A DNA stretch of 64,000 bases, from NCBI GenBank assembly GCA_027064085.1, contig JAMOQH010000126.1, forward strand, positions 5,040-69,039. The letters run 5' to 3'. Below the pieces are notes generated by a model. The model saw only the letters and a program-made list of their open reading frames with translations. It did no database searches and was not told the origin of the DNA. A program made the translations under genes and the position numbers. Position 1 is the first letter of the stretch. Each line of letters begins with the position of its first letter. Below, in pieces: positions 60,601-64,000 of this stretch. This DNA is from a bacterium. GTDB lineage: Bacteria > UBP6 > JAFGXH01.

Positions 60601-63600
60601 ACTGATGATCCAAATACTAGTCAAGAAAATGATGCTACTGTAATTTATTTAGATGATAGCTCTTCTATTTTTAATAAATTTGATAAAACCGCAATACTTG
60701 AAGATACAAATAATAATGGTAAAGCAGATATAGGGGAGCTTATAAAATATCAAATAGAATTAGATATTAAAGATTTGCCAGAAACTATTACTATAGAAGA
60801 TGCAATACCACAAAATACTAACTATGTTTTTGGTAGTTTACAAGTAAATAGAATACATCAAACAGATGAACAAGATACTGATATGGCATATTTTGAAAAC
60901 AATAAAGCTTATTTTAAAATTTATCCTTTTGAAGATACTAATACTAAAGCTAGTCTTTCTTTTAAAGTAGAAATAAAAGAAGGAAATAAAGTTGTAAATC
61001 AAGCAAAAACATTTTTTGATAATAAAACTTATTTAAGCGATGACCCTAATACTCCTATCAAAAACGATGCAACTATAACTTACATAGGAGATACACAAGA
61101 AGCTAATTTATCTATAAAAAAAGAAGTAAAAGATATTAATGGGGGCATTACTTTAGCAAACGACGAATTAGAATATAAAATTACTGTCCAAAATACTGGT
61201 AATAAAGAGGCTGAAAATAGTGAAATTATAGATGATTTACCTGAAAGTTTGGAGTATATTTCTAATAGTGAAGAACTTTCTGATGTTTCTGCTCATTATA
61301 TTTATAATCCTAATATAGGCAATGGACAAATCAAAATTTATGGATTGAATATAGACAAAGCTGGTAAATTTATTGTAAAATTTAGAGTTAAGATAAAAGA
61401 TACTGTTCAAAAAGCTGATAAAATTACAAATATTGCAACTTTAAATAATGAAAAACAGAGTAGTGCTTCTGTAGTTATAGGAGCTAGTGCTGGAACAGCA
61501 TCTATTTACGGAGATTTATCATATTTTAATGAAAATAATGAAAAAATAGCTCTAAAAAACTATAAAATTGAAATAACAGAAATCAAAAAAGCAGAAAATC
61601 TAAAAGTTTATACTACTACAACAGATGAAGATGGTTTATTTAGAATTGATAATATCAAACCTGCAGAATATTTATTAAAATATTATAATTCAAATGGTAC
61701 TTTCTTTGGAGAGAAAAAATTAAATTATTTAAGTTCTGAAAACGATAACAAGCTCAATCTTGTTTTTATTCCTACTGGTTTTATTTATAACTCTAAAACA
61801 AAATCCAAAATAGATAATGCAAGAATTTATTTATATAATAAAACAGCAAATGACAACATAATTCATTCAAATTGTTTTGATTTAGACTTAGTTACTCTTC
61901 CTACAAATCAACAAGGTCAATTACTAGAAAGCAATGGTTTATATAAATTTACTGTTAAAGATACTAACTATGATAAGCTAGGTATATGTGTGATGGGATA
62001 TCCAAAATATACTTTCCCTTCTAGCCTTAAAAAACCTTCTTTTGGTGAAGTTGAAAATGAAAATGGACATATTTCTAATAATAAATATTATCTTGAATTT
62101 ACTCCAACTGATAATTTAGACATTCTTAATAATAATAATATAGCTCTTGACCCAATTGAAAACTCAATTAAAATCACAAAGTCAGTTGACCAAAAAACTT
62201 CTACAGCAAATTCTATTATTACATATAGAATTAAAGCTCAAAATAAATCTAGCTATTCTTTTGAAGGAACAAATGGTGTTTTTATATATGATTTACTACC
62301 TAAAAACTTTAAGTTAATCAATAAATCATACAAAGCAATAATAACTAGCTTAGATGGAAGTCAAAAAGTAATAAAAGATATAGCTATTAATTTATCATCT
62401 CAAAATTTAACATTTGGTCCTATAGATTTTAAAGAAGGTGATGAGATAGAAATATCATATAGAGTTGCAATAGGTTCCAATGTTAAATTAGGTAAATATA
62501 AAAATATTGCCTATGTATTAGATAGTAATTTAGAAAAATTATCTTTTGAAGCTAGTGCTGTTATACAAATTAAATATGATTTTGATTTTGATATGGGAGC
62601 GGTAATAGGTAAAGTCTATTGTGATGACAATAAAAACTCATATCAGGATATAGGAGAAATAGGTTTAAAGAATGTTGATATTTATAATGATGAAGGCTTT
62701 GTTTCTAAAACTGATGAATATGGAAGATACCACTTTACAGTATTAAAACCAGGGGCTCATTTAATAAAATTAGATAAAAATACTTTATTATCAGGAATAA
62801 AACCTATTGAAGAAAAAAGAACTATAAGGATAACAAAAGGTTTATTATCAAAAGTAAATTTCCCCGTTGATTGTAAAGAAGTAAATAAAGATAAAAAGTT
62901 TTTAGCTATAAATAAGAAAAAAGCTAAACTTAGCCCTATCAAGGATTTAATAACATTAAGGGGCAATTTAAATAAAAGAATCTTTTTGGGTAATAAAGAA
63001 ATAACTGTAAAAAATTATATATTAAAACAAAATAAAAAATTAGTCACAGAAGATGAAGAAAATACTTATTTTATTAAAGATTTAAATGATAAAGTTTTAG
63101 TAAATTATTATATTTATAAATTTGATAAAGAATTATTTAGCAACAAAACTAAATTAACAGATTTATATAGATTTATACAACAACGGGGTAAATTAAAGAT
63201 AAAATTACCTGCAAATCAGTATCTTGTTTTTGCTGAAATAGTAAAAAATAATAAAATTTACAGAACTGCTCCTATAATTTCTATGTCTCAAAGAATACCA
63301 AATGAAAAGGGAGAAGGGTTAATAAGTTTTAAAAAGCTAAAATTTGAGTTTAATCCACAATTATTTATTAATGGAAGGCTAATAAATAGCTCAAAATCAG
63401 GTAATCTATTTCATGTTTTTCATAAAGATAATCTAAAAAATGCCTCAATACTCTATAAAGCTCCTAATGGTATATCTGTAAATGAACTAATGGCTTTAGC
63501 TGTTAGTTCTAGTAAGAGTGTTGCTTCTCGTAATCATGTTAGTATTGATGGTATTGGTGCTAGTGTTATTGAAAATACTGAAGTCGGTGCTAGTGCTAGT

Positions 63601-64000
63601 TCAGCTTCAGCTGTTAGTGCTGGTAATAGTGTTAGTTCTGGTGCTAGCAATAGAGTTAGTGTTGGTGATAACAGTAATAGTATTAGTGATAGTAGTGGTT
63701 ATTTGGATAAATTTTTATCTAAAAAAGATAAAAATGATATAAAAACTCAATATGATTCTTTTGGTGAAGATAGAATTACAAAAGAATTTGCTTCACAAAT
63801 TAAAAAAGAACAGTACATTAAAAATTTTTATGGATTGAGGCTAGCTCTTCCTGTTGAGGGTGCAATTATTCATTCTGATTCTATAAATATACATGGATTT
63901 CAACCTGAAAATTATGAAATTACTATAAATAATAATAAAGTTATAGCAAATGCAGATGGCTATTTCGATTTAGAATTAAAATTGAGTAATAAAACTAAAC
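54640..64000 (+). CDS. Giant surface protein/adhesin with DUF11 repeats, >3120 aa and 3'-truncated by the window edge: signal peptide, ~390-aa N-terminal domain, ~16 DUF11 'conserved repeat' modules, CnaB/SdrD-B-like domains, and a Ser-rich low-complexity segment
   Basis: Frame 1 is open from the ATG at 54640 to the end of the window. It is not in the ORF track because no stop occurs in-window. Repeats follow the pattern ...GD.V.YTI.V.N.G...A.N..I.D.L.......NG.......I.W.......P......F.AKIK....NGT.ISNQA......TDDPNT...DD.T.F.V. Later sequence includes YTTTTDEDGLFRIDNIKPAEY (CnaB-like) and GKVYCDDNKNSYQDIGEIGLKNVDIYNDEGFVSKTDEYGRYHF (SdrD-B-like). Confidence 0.8.
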   Translation, partial: MLKLLNKLYFFILLLTLFSVNIFAIVEGTYPDSTNLKKYSVFGSVVTTGNTMMATTPPGNVNDILLSESSGDLKNMPFDAEIVSAHIFWSGSLGPSLFVPDDNITLLTKDNDIHNIQADSCKVVTNMEGFYYCSADITTTIVNQNIVNYNGRYTVSNLKGDVGDCETNPYICQAKYAAWSMVVVYKSKSAKVKREILLYDSFLHLDEREDSIGITHFDITNLTVNSPARGEFTYFGLEGDRFLGVPPQDAPENQYPCDTCYDFISLNNVKLYDDLNPPNNIWNSSIATAVDIDTFKIGNQGLNILRSGTNKTIHVKLGSGDGIIPNEHPEAGGGESVFLGYVLLALDTISPNFRTTNTNLIVDRTVASQGDELTYILTVTNDGSKIAHNVIVSNLIPPETTYVDNSTYIDGVLASNDIATPMGLNIGTIDFRGTNNKKIITFRVKIKSTAIDGTYVYNKAKIISDETINDPSLTNQVKTLINAPVLQTPILTVRDENGGSYLPGEWVEYSVKILNNSNNPISNLVYENTLGLDFTQIMLSSIPFNASDNSNLANKKISISSIQVPARSAIFIKYRAKIKTIQEYIDSGTPEDQINNKSISNQGELSISTRPELILTDNDNGGNEHDPTVFTIKKEVNANFSDSTMTVENTNGSSEFHPGDRVKYTIKVKNSATATVNAINVLNDIDENYFEEITVNNGFYDGDKLTWLIASLAPSAETTLIFTAKIKKPQANGLVIQNQASIFVAGRSDLTDDPTTTILDDPTKFTITASSSNFIFSTKEVIDENGGTYFQQGDYVTYVIKIKNTGEAVGGNLTVEDSINSNLVDIEVFNNGVYNNNKITWNYINTPELVNVSGEVTLKFRAKIKSTVANGTVISNQAFISSTDSPRTYLTDDPTTSSVSDSTNFTVNSAAELTESYKTYEDLNGGDIEPGDEIKYTIQLRNTGNLEVTNISVIDNVDTNNLENIIVEDNGIYSNGNINWAGITSLAPHTNLELHFTAKIKENTTHNTKISNQAIIMSTEIPFAFTDDPNTAEKDDATSFLVMAIPDLSFTKTVVNTNGTTEFKIGDRVKYTINIVNNSSSETGNITITDLIPRDLENVTLSSGGILNGNQAYFYLQPITSPIALTIEGDIKASGEICNQASLEDVNFNYTINSDDPNTLSENDSTCFNVIQVIKVENFKKTFTDINGGNIEPNDIIEYELSFDNNSDVSLNNLVITDNIDTNLTDINLIDGGYFNGNIITFNSLNTPKLANIAPNTSVIIKFRAKIKTPLANNTVISNQAELNIEDINLVSDNPNTPIENDATEFNIVSSPKIKFTKVVKNVNNSTEYKPNDNVMYTITALNTGTEIANNILIKDILSNDLTNLSASQGSFNNNEFTLNLPQLNVNQPITITINAKIKDSVSNNTVISNQASLDSDNTNQILSDDSDTPIANDQTKFTVTRETLPTNLKAYKTSDKKIYFNNDIVTYTIELKNEGQTTVNNIILTDELNSNLEFISATNNAVFTNGVIKWDYNTSPDLLSIMPNNSVNITIKAKVKNTVSDSTIIENQASFTFNNEPEIHLTDDPSTPQFDTTKITVASYDVSDSTKEVFDSNNDGAFVPNEELTYKITIKNSSSITTIRDINVVDYFPFSKLDLLDTTGLIINETSKTITFTPENFPELLELAPNTSVELILRAKIKDLATNGTTISNQAFISFNGENQNIPTDDPKTTDIDDATNFKLSAKADLSDFTKTVASDNGYFPNEEIRYTIKVKNKGTAKAKNLIITDSIDDNLEIIDAQEGEITANKILFHYNNIDTLKELKSNEEVSFVIKAKIKDGVNNNKIISNQAILNSESIPNSELSDDPTTTQENDATIFKVINSSKLYAEKIAIDLNAGKIEIGDIIRYQIKVYNKGYKTSFDTKLYDEIPSYTQYIENSTKLNDETVADNNGVAPFIDGMDLGDIDIYDNTDNTVKIITFEVKILDTAPDGAKIENQASIENADGEKAVTDDPNTSQENDATVIYLDDSSSIFNKFDKTAILEDTNNNGKADIGELIKYQIELDIKDLPETITIEDAIPQNTNYVFGSLQVNRIHQTDEQDTDMAYFENNKAYFKIYPFEDTNTKASLSFKVEIKEGNKVVNQAKTFFDNKTYLSDDPNTPIKNDATITYIGDTQEANLSIKKEVKDINGGITLANDELEYKITVQNTGNKEAENSEIIDDLPESLEYISNSEELSDVSAHYIYNPNIGNGQIKIYGLNIDKAGKFIVKFRVKIKDTVQKADKITNIATLNNEKQSSASVVIGASAGTASIYGDLSYFNENNEKIALKNYKIEITEIKKAENLKVYTTTTDEDGLFRIDNIKPAEYLLKYYNSNGTFFGEKKLNYLSSENDNKLNLVFIPTGFIYNSKTKSKIDNARIYLYNKTANDNIIHSNCFDLDLVTLPTNQQGQLLESNGLYKFTVKDTNYDKLGICVMGYPKYTFPSSLKKPSFGEVENENGHISNNKYYLEFTPTDNLDILNNNNIALDPIENSIKITKSVDQKTSTANSIITYRIKAQNKSSYSFEGTNGVFIYDLLPKNFKLINKSYKAIITSLDGSQKVIKDIAINLSSQNLTFGPIDFKEGDEIEISYRVAIGSNVKLGKYKNIAYVLDSNLEKLSFEASAVIQIKYDFDFDMGAVIGKVYCDDNKNSYQDIGEIGLKNVDIYNDEGFVSKTDEYGRYHFTVLKPGAHLIKLDKNTLLSGIKPIEEKRTIRITKGLLSKVNFPVDCKEVNKDKKFLAINKKKAKLSPIKDLITLRGNLNKRIFLGNKEITVKNYILKQNKKLVTEDEENTYFIKDLNDKVLVNYYIYKFDKELFSNKTKLTDLYRFIQQRGKLKIKLPANQYLVFAEIVKNNKIYRTAPIISMSQRIPNEKGEGLISFKKLKFEFNPQLFINGRLINSSKSGNLFHVFHKDNLKNASILYKAPNGISVNELMALAVSSSKSVASRNHVSIDGIGASVIENTEVGASASSASAVSAGNSVSSGASNRVSVGDNSNSISDSSGYLDKFLSKKDKNDIKTQYDSFGEDRITKEFASQIKKEQYIKNFYGLRLALPVEGAIIHSDSINIHGFQPENYEITINNNKVIANADGYFDLELKLSNKTK
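55830..61480 (+). repeat. Tandem array of ~16 DUF11-type ~120-aa coding repeats inside the giant surface protein gene
   Basis: Periodic recurrence of AKIK...ISNQA...TDDP(N/T)T motifs every ~360-380 nt in frame 1. Bounds are approximate. Confidence 0.6.

Noticed and set aside
1-64000. CRISPR arrays, transposases, integrases and other mobile-element hallmarks
   Set aside because: No regularly spaced direct repeats with unique spacers and no transposase- or integrase-like ORFs were seen. The tRNA-Arg at 43707-43781 has no adjacent integrase or direct repeat.

Overview
AT-rich (~28% GC) chromosomal segment from an unidentified flagellated bacterium with Gram-negative-type envelope genes (flgI P-ring, tatC, OMP-like barrels, many lipoproteins). 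The flagellin termini are Firmicutes/Thermotogae-like (SEKMR, TEFNTKKLL and MLAQANQQ motifs), but I cannot assign a taxon from sequence alone. The main signal is three giant flagellin paralogues of 1161, 1158 and 996 aa, 3-4 times the usual size. Two form a tandem pair (1329-8474, minus strand) and the third sits at a second locus (33420-36410). All three share canonical D0/D1 termini and several conserved blocks inside an otherwise hypervariable, G/T/S/D/N-rich central region. The tandem pair sits divergent to flgI-flgJ, where flgJ carries an M23 peptidase domain. The shared intergenic region contains a sigma28-like promoter, a perfect 37-bp palindrome, phased T-tracts and a candidate sigma54 promoter. 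Other features are a compact cyclic-nucleotide module (CHASE2 cyclase, Crp-like cNMP-binding protein, class-II-PDE-like MBL hydrolase) abutting murG and flagellin 3, and a tightly overlapping PilZ, lipoprotein, MoxR-like AAA ATPase and 1032-aa ankyrin lipoprotein operon. There is also an ECF sigma/anti-sigma pair, an orphan sigma54 response regulator coupled to a short UvrD-like helicase, a secreted RCC1 propeller with Cys-rich repeats, and a tRNA-Arg(CCU). A >3100-aa surface protein with DUF11 repeats and SdrD-B/CnaB-like domains runs off the right edge. Housekeeping genes include ppdK, rpsO, rpoZ, tatC, murG, murC, cstA, mltG, ruvX and a fatty-acyl-CoA ligase. No CRISPR array, transposase or integrase was seen.
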